Assembly (NCBI GenBank): GCA_963801185.1
Contig: CAWDDW010000003.1
Span: 412,893-476,892 of the forward strand
DNA length: 64,000 bases
Direction of reading: 5' to 3'
Source of the DNA: an uncultured Acidimicrobiaceae bacterium
GTDB lineage: Bacteria; Actinomycetota; Acidimicrobiia; Acidimicrobiales; Bog-793
Shown piece after piece: positions 30,856 through 39,175 of the stretch. A model generated the notes under the pieces. It did no database searches. It was not told the DNA's origin and saw only the letters and a list, made by a program, of their open reading frames with translations. The position numbers and the translations under genes are program-made. The number at the start of each line of letters is the position of its first letter. Position 1 is the stretch's first letter.

Positions 30856-30882
30856 CAGCTGCCTGATCACAGCTGCCTGATC
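30856..30882. repeat. perfect 13-nt tandem direct repeat CAGCTGCCTGATC x2 (14-nt period)
   Basis: Read directly: copies at 30856-30868 and 30870-30882. They lie between the tRNA-Pro 3' end and the first orphan gene. Confidence 0.9.
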
Positions 30883-30951
30883 CAAAGTGCCCTGGAACTC
30901 GGAAGTGTCAGTCGAGCTGGCAGAAGTCATACCGCTGACCAGGAGAATCGC

Positions 30952-31029
30952 TGGTCGGGAAGGCGGGATTCGAACCCGCGACCTCAGCGTCCCGAACGCT
31001 GCGCGCTAACCAAGCTGCGCCACTTCCCG
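30952..31029 (-). tRNA. tRNA-Pro(CGG): tRNA-Pro (anticodon CGG), CCA encoded
   Basis: The reverse complement folds as a cloverleaf: CGGGAAG-TG-GCGC-AGCTTGGTTA-GCGC-G-CAGCG-TTCGGGA-CGCTG-AGGTC-GCGGG-TTCGAAT-CCCGC-CTTCCCG-ACCA. The anticodon loop is TT-CGG-GA. Confidence 0.93.
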
Positions 31030-31289
31030 TCGGCGAGCGAGCGCCCGCCGGCCGCCCATCGTACTCGTTGCCAACATGCAACCACTTCGACGAGGTCAGT
31101 CGAGGTGTTGCCGCTGCCAAGCACTGTTCGAGTACACAAACCGCCGCCTCACCGACCGAGCGCGACGGCATCAACTAGCGCACGCGCAGCGGTACAGCCT
31201 GGACGTCGACCAGGCCTGCACGGAGCTGTCCGGTTGACATAAGATTGCGGTTGACATACGGTTGCAGCTACGAGCAACGAGGAGCTCCG

Positions 31290-31736
31290 ATGTCGATTGC
31301 GTGGGCACTGGCGGAAGACCCGAAGCGGCTGGCCGGCCAATTGCTGGAGGCCGGCCGTGACGACCCCGCTTGGCTGGCCGCGTTCACGCACGAGTTCGAG
31401 TCGCACGCGCTCCCCCGCGAGCTACCGCGATTCCTCGTCGTATGGGGCTTGTCGCAGTCCGAGGCGGCACGCCTGTTCAAGGTGTCACGCCAAGCGCTGT
31501 CGAAGTGGCTCTCGCACGGCGTACCGGCCGATCGGCTGGAGACGATGGCGGACCTGGCTGCGGCTACCGACCTCCTGGTCCGCTATCTCAAGGCGGACAG
31601 GATCCCCGGCGTGGTCCGTCGGAGGGCCGCGGGGCTGGGCGACAGGTCGCTTGTCGAGCTCGTCGGCGCCGGGGACAGTCACGCGACGCTCGAGGCCTGC
31701 CGTGCGATGTTCGACTTCACCGCTGTCCAGAGCTGA
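31290..31736 (+). CDS. Xre-type HTH / DUF2384 antitoxin (MbcA/ParS-like)
   Basis: GGAG lies 5 nt before the ATG at 31290. The HTH is WGLSQSEAARLFKVSRQALSKWLSHG. The C-terminal DUF2384-like segment is IPGVVRRRAAGLGDRSLVELVGAGDSHATLEACRAMFD. The RES gene follows 6 nt downstream. Confidence 0.8.
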   Translation: MSIAWALAEDPKRLAGQLLEAGRDDPAWLAAFTHEFESHALPRELPRFLVVWGLSQSEAARLFKVSRQALSKWLSHGVPADRLETMADLAAATDLLVRYLKADRIPGVVRRRAAGLGDRSLVELVGAGDSHATLEACRAMFDFTAVQS

Positions 31737-31742
31737 CTACCC

Positions 31743-32279
31743 ATGCGAACCGAGATGCTGCCCGACGGGCACACCTGGTTGCGGATCGCAGACCCCGCCT
31801 GGGAAGATCCGCTCGACCCCACGTTCGCGGCGACTCATGGCCAGCGGTGGAACCCGCCGAACAGCTTCCCGGTGCTGTACCTGAACGAGGACCTCGTAAC
31901 CGCGAGGCTGAACCTGCGGCAGTTCATCGCCGGCTGGCCCTACGAGCCGGAGGACCTCCGCGACGACACCGGGCCGTGCCTCGTGTCGGCTCGCCTGCCT
32001 CGCGCTCAACTAGTTGCGGACCTCCATACCCGAGAGGGTCTCGCGGTCGTCGGCCTGCCTGCTACCTACCCGCTCGACCGCAATCGGAGGCTGATCGGAC
32101 ACAACCGTTGTCAGCCGGTAGGCACGGAGGTTCACCGTCAAGGTCTTCGCGGTCTGCGCTGCCGCTCAGCACGCGCACCGGACGGGGCTGGCCGAGAGCT
32201 GGCGTGGTTCCCCGCAACTGCCCGAAGCCTGGCCCGCCACGAGGGATCCACCCCATTCGAGGCGTGGTTTTACGCCTGA
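31743..32279 (+). CDS. RES-domain toxin (MbcT/ParT-like)
   Basis: The Arg region is HGQRWNPPNSFPVLYLNED and the Ser region is GLRGLRCRSARAPDGAGRELAWFP. At 178 aa the size and the gene order after a DUF2384 antitoxin are typical. Confidence 0.8.
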   Translation: MRTEMLPDGHTWLRIADPAWEDPLDPTFAATHGQRWNPPNSFPVLYLNEDLVTARLNLRQFIAGWPYEPEDLRDDTGPCLVSARLPRAQLVADLHTREGLAVVGLPATYPLDRNRRLIGHNRCQPVGTEVHRQGLRGLRCRSARAPDGAGRELAWFPATARSLARHEGSTPFEAWFYA

Positions 32280-32384
32280 GATCAGGTGCAAGGAGAGCAG
32301 GTTCCCCTCGGCCCGCCGCGTCCGCAAGCAGCCGCCCGCTCCTCCCGGTCGAGCGCTTCAATGCAACCGAGTATCTATGACAGA

Positions 32385-33188
32385 TCAGCCCTCGCCACCG
32401 TTCGATGCCACAGGCGCCGCAGGGGCCGCAGGGGCTTGGACCACGACCTTGTCGACCCGGCGGCGGTCCATCTCGGCAACGCGGTAGGTCCAGCCGTCTT
32501 TCTCGACCGACTCAAGCTCGGTCGGGATCCGCCCGAACAGGTCGAAGATGAAGCCGCCGAGTGTCACGTAGTCACCTTCGGGTATCGGGGCGCCGATCTC
32601 CTCGCGGACATCGTCGACCGACGTTGAGCCGTCCACGAGCCACCGGGACTGGTCCACTCGCTCGATCTCCGGGGCTGCCGCCTCGTCATACTCGTCCTGC
32701 AGGTCGCCGACGAGCTCGCTTACGAGAGCGTTGATCGTCAACACCCCCGCCACCCCGCCGTGCTCGTCCACGACGACGGCGAAGCTCCGGCGCAACCTAC
32801 GCATCTCGGCCAACAGCTCGAGAACCAAGCGCGACTCGGGCACGAGATACGGCTCCCGGAGCCGCTTGGAGACCTCCTCTGTGCTCGGCACAGTCGCGCT
32901 GTCAAGAGCGCCGAGGTGGAAGATGTCCTTCACGTACAGCACGCCGGCCAACTGGTCGAGATCGCCCTCGTAGACGGGGAAGTGGGAGTGCGCGGAGCGC
33001 CGGACCGCCCGAGCCACGTCCTCGTAGCTGACCGGCTCTTCCAGGGCTACGACGTCCACCCGGGGTGTCATCACCTCACGGGCGGTCGTGTCCCGCAAGG
33101 ACGCGAGGCGTCGCTCGATCAGCAGCTCTTGCTCGGAGCGAACCGCAGCGGCCTTCGACTCGGCCGCTTGGTGACGGCGTTTGAACAT
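32385..33188 (-). CDS. CBS-pair + CorC/HlyC C-terminal domain protein lacking the usual DUF21 membrane domain
   Basis: REVMTPRVDVVALEEPVSYEDVARAV...HSHFPVYEGDLDQLAGVLYVKDI marks the CBS pair. It is followed by a CorC_HlyC-like C-terminus, YVTLGGFIFDLFGRIPTELESVEKDGWTYRVAEMDRRRVDKVVV. No TM segments are present. Confidence 0.8.
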   Translation of the reverse strand: MFKRRHQAAESKAAAVRSEQELLIERRLASLRDTTAREVMTPRVDVVALEEPVSYEDVARAVRRSAHSHFPVYEGDLDQLAGVLYVKDIFHLGALDSATVPSTEEVSKRLREPYLVPESRLVLELLAEMRRLRRSFAVVVDEHGGVAGVLTINALVSELVGDLQDEYDEAAAPEIERVDQSRWLVDGSTSVDDVREEIGAPIPEGDYVTLGGFIFDLFGRIPTELESVEKDGWTYRVAEMDRRRVDKVVVQAPAAPAAPVASNGGEG

Positions 33189-33224
33189 GGGTACCGGCGG
33201 TCCGGGGCGCCCGGGTGTCCGGCC

Positions 33225-33668
33225 CTAGCCTGCGGCCGGCTCGGCCGCTGCCACTTCGCAAGGCAGGGGCAGCGGCTTGTACGACTCGTCGTGGTAGGTG
33301 CCGCCTTCGAGCAGTGCCCTGGCGGCCTTCCGCAGCCTCAGGGAATCGAACGGTTTGACAAGCCACCCCTCGGCGTCGGACCGCTTGGCCATGAAGACGT
33401 CGGCCCGCCGGTCCATCAGCATCAGCACGGGCACGTGCTCGGCCCGGTCACCGGACTCCTCGAGCCTCAGGTCCATGCAGATAGCTATCCCGCCCATGCT
33501 GCCGACCTGGAGGTCCGTGATGACGAGGTCGGGCGGGTCGAGAGCGACCGCGTCACGGACCAGGTCACCGGAGTGGAGCTCGCGGACCGTCGTCTCGCCG
33601 TCTTCGAGAGCTGACCGCAACTCGGCGAGGACCGAGGGCGCGTCGCTGACGATGAGGATGTCAGGCAC
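33225..33668 (-). CDS. stand-alone response-regulator receiver domain protein
   Basis: The motifs are ILIVSDAPSV..., PDLVITDLQVGSMGG (phospho-acceptor Asp context) and WLVKPF (conserved Lys). There is no output domain. The start overlaps the upstream ArsA-like gene by 8 nt. Confidence 0.85.
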   Translation of the reverse strand: MPDILIVSDAPSVLAELRSALEDGETTVRELHSGDLVRDAVALDPPDLVITDLQVGSMGGIAICMDLRLEESGDRAEHVPVLMLMDRRADVFMAKRSDAEGWLVKPFDSLRLRKAARALLEGGTYHDESYKPLPLPCEVAAAEPAAG

Positions 33669-34797
33669 GCCCGGAGGCTACCTGGCCGACCACGTACTCG
33701 GCCACGAGGGTGAGGCCCGCTAGGTCGTGGACGTCGTCCCGCAGGTACGGCACCTCGGCGACCGCCCCCTCGACGCCACCCTCGAGCAGCCTCAGATAAC
33801 CCCGTTCCTCCCCGACCACGAACTCGAGGTCGGCCAAGTTCTGGCGAAGCGCTGCCAGCAGCGCCCGGGCCTCCTCAACGTCAGAAGGCGGCGGGACGAT
33901 CTCGTCCTCGGAGATGTCGATCACTCCAGGCCCCAGCTCACCGGCACGGAAGTCGGGGTGCACGCGGTTCATCACGAGCGCTGCCACCGGCAACCCGGCC
34001 TCCGCCAGCCGAGCCGAGAAGAAACGCGCCTCGGACACCGAGTCCCGCCTCGGTGCTGCCACCAGGACGAATGCAGTCCCCGGGTCCGCCAGCAGCTGCT
34101 CGACCCTGGTCGCCCGTTCACGAAAACCCTGCTCCATCCCCTCGAACGCCCGGAAGAACGCCATGGCGTCTTCCACGATCTCGCTCCCCGCCACCCGGGA
34201 GATCGTCCGCAAGAAGGCGTGCGTGGCGACCGACAGCGCCTTCATCGATGCCCTGCCCGGCATCAGCAAGAGCCTGAAGACCCGGTTCTCCAAGAAGCGT
34301 GTGAGCCGGCCGGGGGCATCGAGGAAGTCGAGTGCGTTCCTCGTGGGAGGCGTGTCCACCACGACGAGGTCGAAGTCACCCGACTCGTGCAGCTCGTACA
34401 GCTTCTCCGCCGCCATGTACTCCTGCGTCCCCGACAGCGCGGAGGTGAGGTTCCGGTACAAGGGGTTCGCCAGTATGCGTTGGGCCTGCTCGGGCGTCTC
34501 GGAGTAACGGTCGACGAGGTCGTCGAACGTGCCCTTCGCGTCAAGCATCAGCGCCGAGAGCTGGCCTGTCCAATCCCCCTCGATCCGGCTGGCGGTGTTC
34601 TCGAGCGACCCGAGTCCGAGGGCATCGGCGAGGCGGCGGGCCGGGTCGATGGTCACGACGCAAGCCTTCCGCCCGGCCTGGGCACCCGCCAAGGCGATCG
34701 CGGCAGACGTTGTCGTCTTCCCCGCCCCGCCCGAGCCACAGCAGATGATGATCGACCGCTCCCGGACGAGTTGGCCGAGGTCGTGAGCAGCCGCCAT
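33661..34797 (-). CDS. ArsA/Get3-like P-loop ATPase (second of a pair)
   Basis: The deviant Walker A is IIICCGSGGAGKTTTSAAIAL. The ORF is 378 aa and its start overlaps the stop of the first ATPase. Confidence 0.85.
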   Translation of the reverse strand: MAAAHDLGQLVRERSIIICCGSGGAGKTTTSAAIALAGAQAGRKACVVTIDPARRLADALGLGSLENTASRIEGDWTGQLSALMLDAKGTFDDLVDRYSETPEQAQRILANPLYRNLTSALSGTQEYMAAEKLYELHESGDFDLVVVDTPPTRNALDFLDAPGRLTRFLENRVFRLLLMPGRASMKALSVATHAFLRTISRVAGSEIVEDAMAFFRAFEGMEQGFRERATRVEQLLADPGTAFVLVAAPRRDSVSEARFFSARLAEAGLPVAALVMNRVHPDFRAGELGPGVIDISEDEIVPPPSDVEEARALLAALRQNLADLEFVVGEERGYLRLLEGGVEGAVAEVPYLRDDVHDLAGLTLVAEYVVGQVASGRA

Positions 34798-35906
34798 CAG
34801 CCGGCCTCCTCCGCGACCTCGTCCGCGCCGTCGACATCGGCAATCGCTGCGCCGTCGGCAACTTCTGCGTCGACCGCGACGTCGCTCCGCCGGGTGGCCG
34901 CAGCGAGCTCGTCGGCGTCGATCCCGTCGATGGCCTCCCCGAGTGCCTCGGCGAGAGGCCCGATCTGTGCGGGCCCGATCTCTGCGTGGAAGACGTACGG
35001 GAGGCGCAGCTCGGGAAGGGGCAGGTCCGCCTCGAGCCTCCTGATCTGCTCCTCTTGGAGGCGCTCTCGCCCGAGGCGAAACGCCGCAGCACTCCTCAAC
35101 GCCACCCGCTCACCCTCGCCGAGCGACTCACCAGCCGCCTCGGCCACCGCGTCCACGCCCGCGCCCAACCCCGCTATCTGCTGGTAGCAGGCGTTGACGA
35201 TGACCGGCCCGAGCAGCACGCCGACCTCGTCCTCGAACCGGTAGGCGGTCTCGATCAGCTCGTTCACCGGTGTCTCCTCGGGCAGTGTCACGAGCATGAC
35301 CTGGCAACGGTCGGGATCGTGCAGCATCTCCACAACCTCGGCGGCCTGGGACCGCAACGGTCCGCCCCGGGCCGCATCGAGCAATCCGCTGGCACTCGTC
35401 AAGAAACGCACCGCGTGCCCCGTCGCCGGGGCGTCCAGGATCACGAGGTCAGCGCCCCCGGCACGCTCGATCTGCTTCACCTTGCCGAGCACGAGGATCT
35501 CCCGGATCCCGGGGATGGCGGTCGCCACGACATCGAGCACGCCTGTCGAGACGAGCCGCTTGGCGACGCGCTTCAGCCCGTGATCCATCAGGTACTCGAG
35601 CAAGGCGTCGTCCGGGGTGATCACCCGGGCCCGGACCCGGCCGTGGCCCTCGGCCTGGTAGACGGCCTGCTCCTCGTAGGAGAAGCTCTTGAGGGCCCCG
35701 AACAGCGCCGGGAGCGCCCCGGAGTCGTCAAGGGCGACGACTAGGACGTCGAGGCCGGTGTCGGCGGCCATCCTCGCGAGCGCGGCGGCAACCGTGGTCT
35801 TGCCGACCCCGCCCTTGCCTGCGACGACGAGAACCCTGCTCTGCCTGCAGAACGCCTCTCTGTCCATTCTGACGGCGACACTACCGGCGCCAGCGAGAAC
35901 GGCCAT
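34797..35906 (-). CDS. ArsA/Get3-like P-loop ATPase (first of a pair)
   Basis: The motifs are VLVVAGKGGVGKTTVAAALA and DLVILDAPATGH. An alternative start is MDREAF at 35867. Confidence 0.85.
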   Translation of the reverse strand: MAVLAGAGSVAVRMDREAFCRQSRVLVVAGKGGVGKTTVAAALARMAADTGLDVLVVALDDSGALPALFGALKSFSYEEQAVYQAEGHGRVRARVITPDDALLEYLMDHGLKRVAKRLVSTGVLDVVATAIPGIREILVLGKVKQIERAGGADLVILDAPATGHAVRFLTSASGLLDAARGGPLRSQAAEVVEMLHDPDRCQVMLVTLPEETPVNELIETAYRFEDEVGVLLGPVIVNACYQQIAGLGAGVDAVAEAAGESLGEGERVALRSAAAFRLGRERLQEEQIRRLEADLPLPELRLPYVFHAEIGPAQIGPLAEALGEAIDGIDADELAAATRRSDVAVDAEVADGAAIADVDGADEVAEEAG

Positions 35907-36097
35907 TTTTTTGGAAAGGTTCCTCTTGTAACCGTGATTACTCAGCGGTATGGTCTCGTCAGTCGTCCTGGCAACAGGGCGGACGATCGGTGATCGGGAG
36001 GCTCCGGCCCAGGGGGGTGTCGGGAGTGGCCCGAGTAGCGGTGCGGGGGGAGCGTGCCACGGACCCGGTTGTCAGGTGACCGATCTAGGAGGGGCAC

Positions 36098-36403
36098 GTG
36101 GTCGCCAATCAGCACGAGGACATGTGGCAACTCAGGGCCGCCTGCCGTGGCCCGCAGGCCGTCGTCTTCTTCCCGCCGTCCTATGTGGAGCGCAAGGAGG
36201 AGAGAGTCGGGCGCGAGCGTGAGGCGAAGGCGATCTGCCGGTCTTGCTGCGTCCGCGAGGACTGCCTCGAGTACGCGCTCCGGATCAAGGAGCCGCACGG
36301 CATCTGGGGCGGCTTGAACGAGTCCGAACGCAAGCAGATCCTGGACCGCCGCGCGAGCGCGAGTGGGGCCGTCCCGCGACCAGCGGGCCTGACGGCCCGC
36401 TGA
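36098..36403 (+). CDS. whiB: WhiB-family Fe-S transcriptional regulator (WhiB4/WblA-like by gene context)
   Basis: The four Cys are arranged AACRG...CRSCCVREDC (C-x2-C-x5-C). The GIWGG turn motif is present. An AGGAGG RBS precedes the GTG at 36098. The gene is divergent from the ArsA-like pair. Confidence 0.9.
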   Translation: MVANQHEDMWQLRAACRGPQAVVFFPPSYVERKEERVGREREAKAICRSCCVREDCLEYALRIKEPHGIWGGLNESERKQILDRRASASGAVPRPAGLTAR

Positions 36404-36524
36404 CCCGGCCTGAGCACACGAGCCCCCGGATCCGGTATCGACCGTGAGCCCTCCGCGCCCTGCGCTTTCGCGCGCCGGCGAGAAGTAACACACAATTCAT
36501 CCGGACGTTCGGATATTTTTACCG

Positions 36525-37446
36525 ATGGTGTTCCGACTCCCCTCCGTCCTAGGCCCACTGACCCGGCTCACGTCGGTGGCCGACGACAGGGTGAGGATGC
36601 AGGACGAGATCTGCCGCATCGACAGCCGCTCGTACGGTTACGGGCTCGTCGAGGGGCCGGGGCCGACGGTTGTCCTCATCCACGGCTGGGGCCTCGCCCA
36701 CAATTCCTACCGGGCGGCGGCGGAGGCGATCGCCCTGCAGGGCTTCCGCGTGATCGTGCCGGATCTCCCCGGTTTTGGGGGGCTCCGACCTGCCCCTGCT
36801 CGGGATGTCCTTCGCGACCTACTCCCGGGCGATCCGTCGCTTCCTCGAGGAATGCCACGACGTCGCCGGCGAGGCGGTCCACCTCGTCGGGCATTCCTTC
36901 GGCGGTGGCGTCGTGGCGCAGCTCGCCCACGAAGCACCCGAGCTCGTCCGCTCGGTGGTGCTCGTCTCGGGCGTGAGCGGGGGGACCTGGCACCGTGACG
37001 AGGCTGCAGAGCGGCCCCTCGCGGACCGGCCGCTCTGGGACTGGGGGGTCCACCTGCTCCAAGAGTTCCCCGTCGGGCAATTCCCCGTGGCCGCTATCAG
37101 CGTGCTGCGCGATCTCTCCCACAACCTCGTGTGGCACCTGCCGAACCTGGGCTTCGTGGCGAACATGATCCGCCGGAGCGACCTGCGCCTCGAGCTCGCC
37201 AAAGTCCGCGACAAGGACGTCCCCGCAGCAGTGGTGTGGGCGACGGGCGACCGCGTGATCACCCGGGCCTCGTTCGACGACCAGTGCGAGGCACTCGGCA
37301 TCGACGGCACAGTGGTCGAGGGCAACCACGGCTGGCCCTTCTCGAGCCCGGCCTCGTTCGCCCGCACCGTTGCCGAGCTCGTGCGTTCGATGGATCGCTC
37401 GGCTTCTTGCGACCCGTACACGTCGGGGGCGACCTGCCCGAGCTGA
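36525..37446 (+). pseudogene. alpha/beta-fold hydrolase, frame broken once as given
   Basis: ORF 36525-36998 gives VVLIHGWGLAHNSY...VIVPDLPGFGG. ORF 36775-37446 continues SDLPLLGMSFATYSRAI...VHLVGHSFGGGVV (nucleophile elbow)...GNHGWP. The break lies inside the G6 run at 36777-36782. Confidence 0.85.
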
Positions 37447-37472
37447 TCGTCCCGCGCGATGCGTCGACGATC

Positions 37473-38276
37473 ATGCTCGTCCGCGACCGGCCTGAGGGCA
37501 TGGAAGTCCTCATGTTGCGCCGCAACCTCGCCTCGAGCTGGGTCGGAGGCGCGCACCTCTTCCCCGGCGGCGCCGTCGACACCGAGGACGGCTCACCCGG
37601 CCTCGCCGGGCGGTCACCGGGTCGGAGCGACGCCGAGGCGAGCCGCATCCTCGGCGTTGGCTCCGGAGGGCTCGCCTCGTTCGTAGCCGCGATCCGGGAG
37701 TGCTTCGAGGAGGCGGGGATCCTGCTCGCCTCGCGCCCTGACGGAACGGCGATCGACCTCTCCACGAGCTTGACGGCGTCCCGGTTCGTCGAGCACCGGC
37801 GCCGCCTGAACGCCCGGGAGCTCTCGTTCACCGAACTCTGCGAGCTGGAGGACCTGGAGCTCGCGACCGGGCGCCTCTGGTACTTCTCGCACTGGATCAC
37901 GCCCGAGGGGTCGCCGCGGAGGTACGACACGCGTTTCTTCGTCGCCGCCATGCCGGCTGGGCAGACGGCCCTCCACGACGACATCGAGGTCATCGACGCG
38001 ATCTGGATCTCGCCGGCCGAGGCGTTGCGGCGGCATCGGGCCGGCGAGATCGACATGCTGTTCCCGACGATGAAGAACCTGCAGGCAATCGGGCGCTTCG
38101 AGCACTCCGCAGAGCTGCTCGAGGCATCGGCGGCTGTCGAGGTGCCGACGATCCTCCCGAAGATCACCGTCGCCGACCAGGGCGTACGTATCCTGTTGCC
38201 TGGCGACGAGGGCTACGAGACGGCGGCCGGCGTCGGTGAGGAGATCGCCTTCCCCGACCGGTCACGACGGCAATGA
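37473..38276 (+). CDS. NUDIX hydrolase
   Basis: The Nudix box is GGAHLFPGGAVDTEDGS...AAIRECFEEAGILLA. The start is uncertain between ATG 37473 and TTG 37407. The track ORF from 37131 overlaps the preceding gene and is too long. Confidence 0.8.
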   Translation: MLVRDRPEGMEVLMLRRNLASSWVGGAHLFPGGAVDTEDGSPGLAGRSPGRSDAEASRILGVGSGGLASFVAAIRECFEEAGILLASRPDGTAIDLSTSLTASRFVEHRRRLNARELSFTELCELEDLELATGRLWYFSHWITPEGSPRRYDTRFFVAAMPAGQTALHDDIEVIDAIWISPAEALRRHRAGEIDMLFPTMKNLQAIGRFEHSAELLEASAAVEVPTILPKITVADQGVRILLPGDEGYETAAGVGEEIAFPDRSRRQ

Positions 38277-39175
38277 TCACCGATCGCTCCCTCGAGGTCC
38301 CCGTCCCCGGGGAACTCGTCGAGGTTGTCCCGTGGGTGACGCGCCTGACGGCGCCCAACCCCTCGATCATGACCGGGCCTGGAACCAATACCTACCTGGT
38401 GGGCGACCGGCACCTCGTGGTCATCGACCCGGGGCCCGAGGACGACGCCCATCTCGACGCCATCGCGACGGCAGCCGAGAGCTACGGCCGGTTGGAGGCC
38501 GTGATCGTCACACATACCCACTCCGATCACGCGCCAGGGGCTCGGGGCCTCGCGGAGCGCACCGGGGCGGTGGTGCTGGGGTTCGACGAGCGGGCGGGTT
38601 TCGTGCCGGACCTGCGGATCACCGAAGGTGACGTTGTCGACCTCGGTGACCTGGCGATCCGCGCCGTGCACACCCCCGGTCACGCATCGGATCACCTCTG
38701 TTACATGATCGACGAGCCGATGCGGCTCCTGTTCTCCGGCGACCACATCATGGGCGGTTCGACCGTCGTGATCGCCCCTCCCGACGGTGACATGGCGGCC
38801 TACCTCGCCTCGCTCGACCGGCTGCTCGGCGAGACGCCGGCGATCGATGCCATCGTCCCTGGTCACGGGCCGGTGATGTCCGACCCGATTGCCGTCATCA
38901 GCGGCTACCGGGCCCACCGGCTTGCCCGTGAGGCTGCGGTCCTCACGGCGCTCGAGGCACGCCGGGACGCGACGATCGAGGAGATAGTGGCGGACGTCTA
39001 CACCGACGTGCCGGAAATCCTGCACCCGATCGCCAGGTACTCGGTCTGGGCACACCTGCGGAAGCTGCGGGACGAGGGCAGGGCTGCGAGCGACCAACCC
39101 GAGACCGTCGAGGGTGGCTGGTCGGCTGTCGAGGCCGCGACGGGACCTGTACCGGAGGACGAGCCGGGCTCCTAG
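38273..39175 (+). CDS. MBL-fold metallo-hydrolase
   Basis: It has an ATGA overlap with the Nudix gene. The motifs are VIVTHTHSDHAPGA and TPGHASDH. The ORF is 300 aa. Confidence 0.9.
   Translation: MITDRSLEVPVPGELVEVVPWVTRLTAPNPSIMTGPGTNTYLVGDRHLVVIDPGPEDDAHLDAIATAAESYGRLEAVIVTHTHSDHAPGARGLAERTGAVVLGFDERAGFVPDLRITEGDVVDLGDLAIRAVHTPGHASDHLCYMIDEPMRLLFSGDHIMGGSTVVIAPPDGDMAAYLASLDRLLGETPAIDAIVPGHGPVMSDPIAVISGYRAHRLAREAAVLTALEARRDATIEEIVADVYTDVPEILHPIARYSVWAHLRKLRDEGRAASDQPETVEGGWSAVEAATGPVPEDEPGS

Noticed and set aside
30908-31174. An 88-aa minus-strand ORF overlapping the tRNA.
   Set aside because: It overlaps tRNA-Pro entirely on the same strand, and its translation has no protein-like features.
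36500-36525. A small hairpin, ATCCG-gacgt-TCGGAT, followed by ATTTTTA, considered as an intrinsic terminator after whiB.
   Set aside because: The stem is only 5 bp, and it ends directly at the start codon of the next gene. It is too weak to call.
4362-36782. The idea that the G6 tracts at 4362-4367 and 36777-36782 are phase-variation switches or programmed frameshift sites.
   Set aside because: There are no slippery heptamers or downstream stimulatory structures. Other breaks occur at non-repetitive or 2-3 nt runs, and the affected genes are housekeeping-type enzymes and regulators. Indel error or a simple mutation is the more economical explanation.
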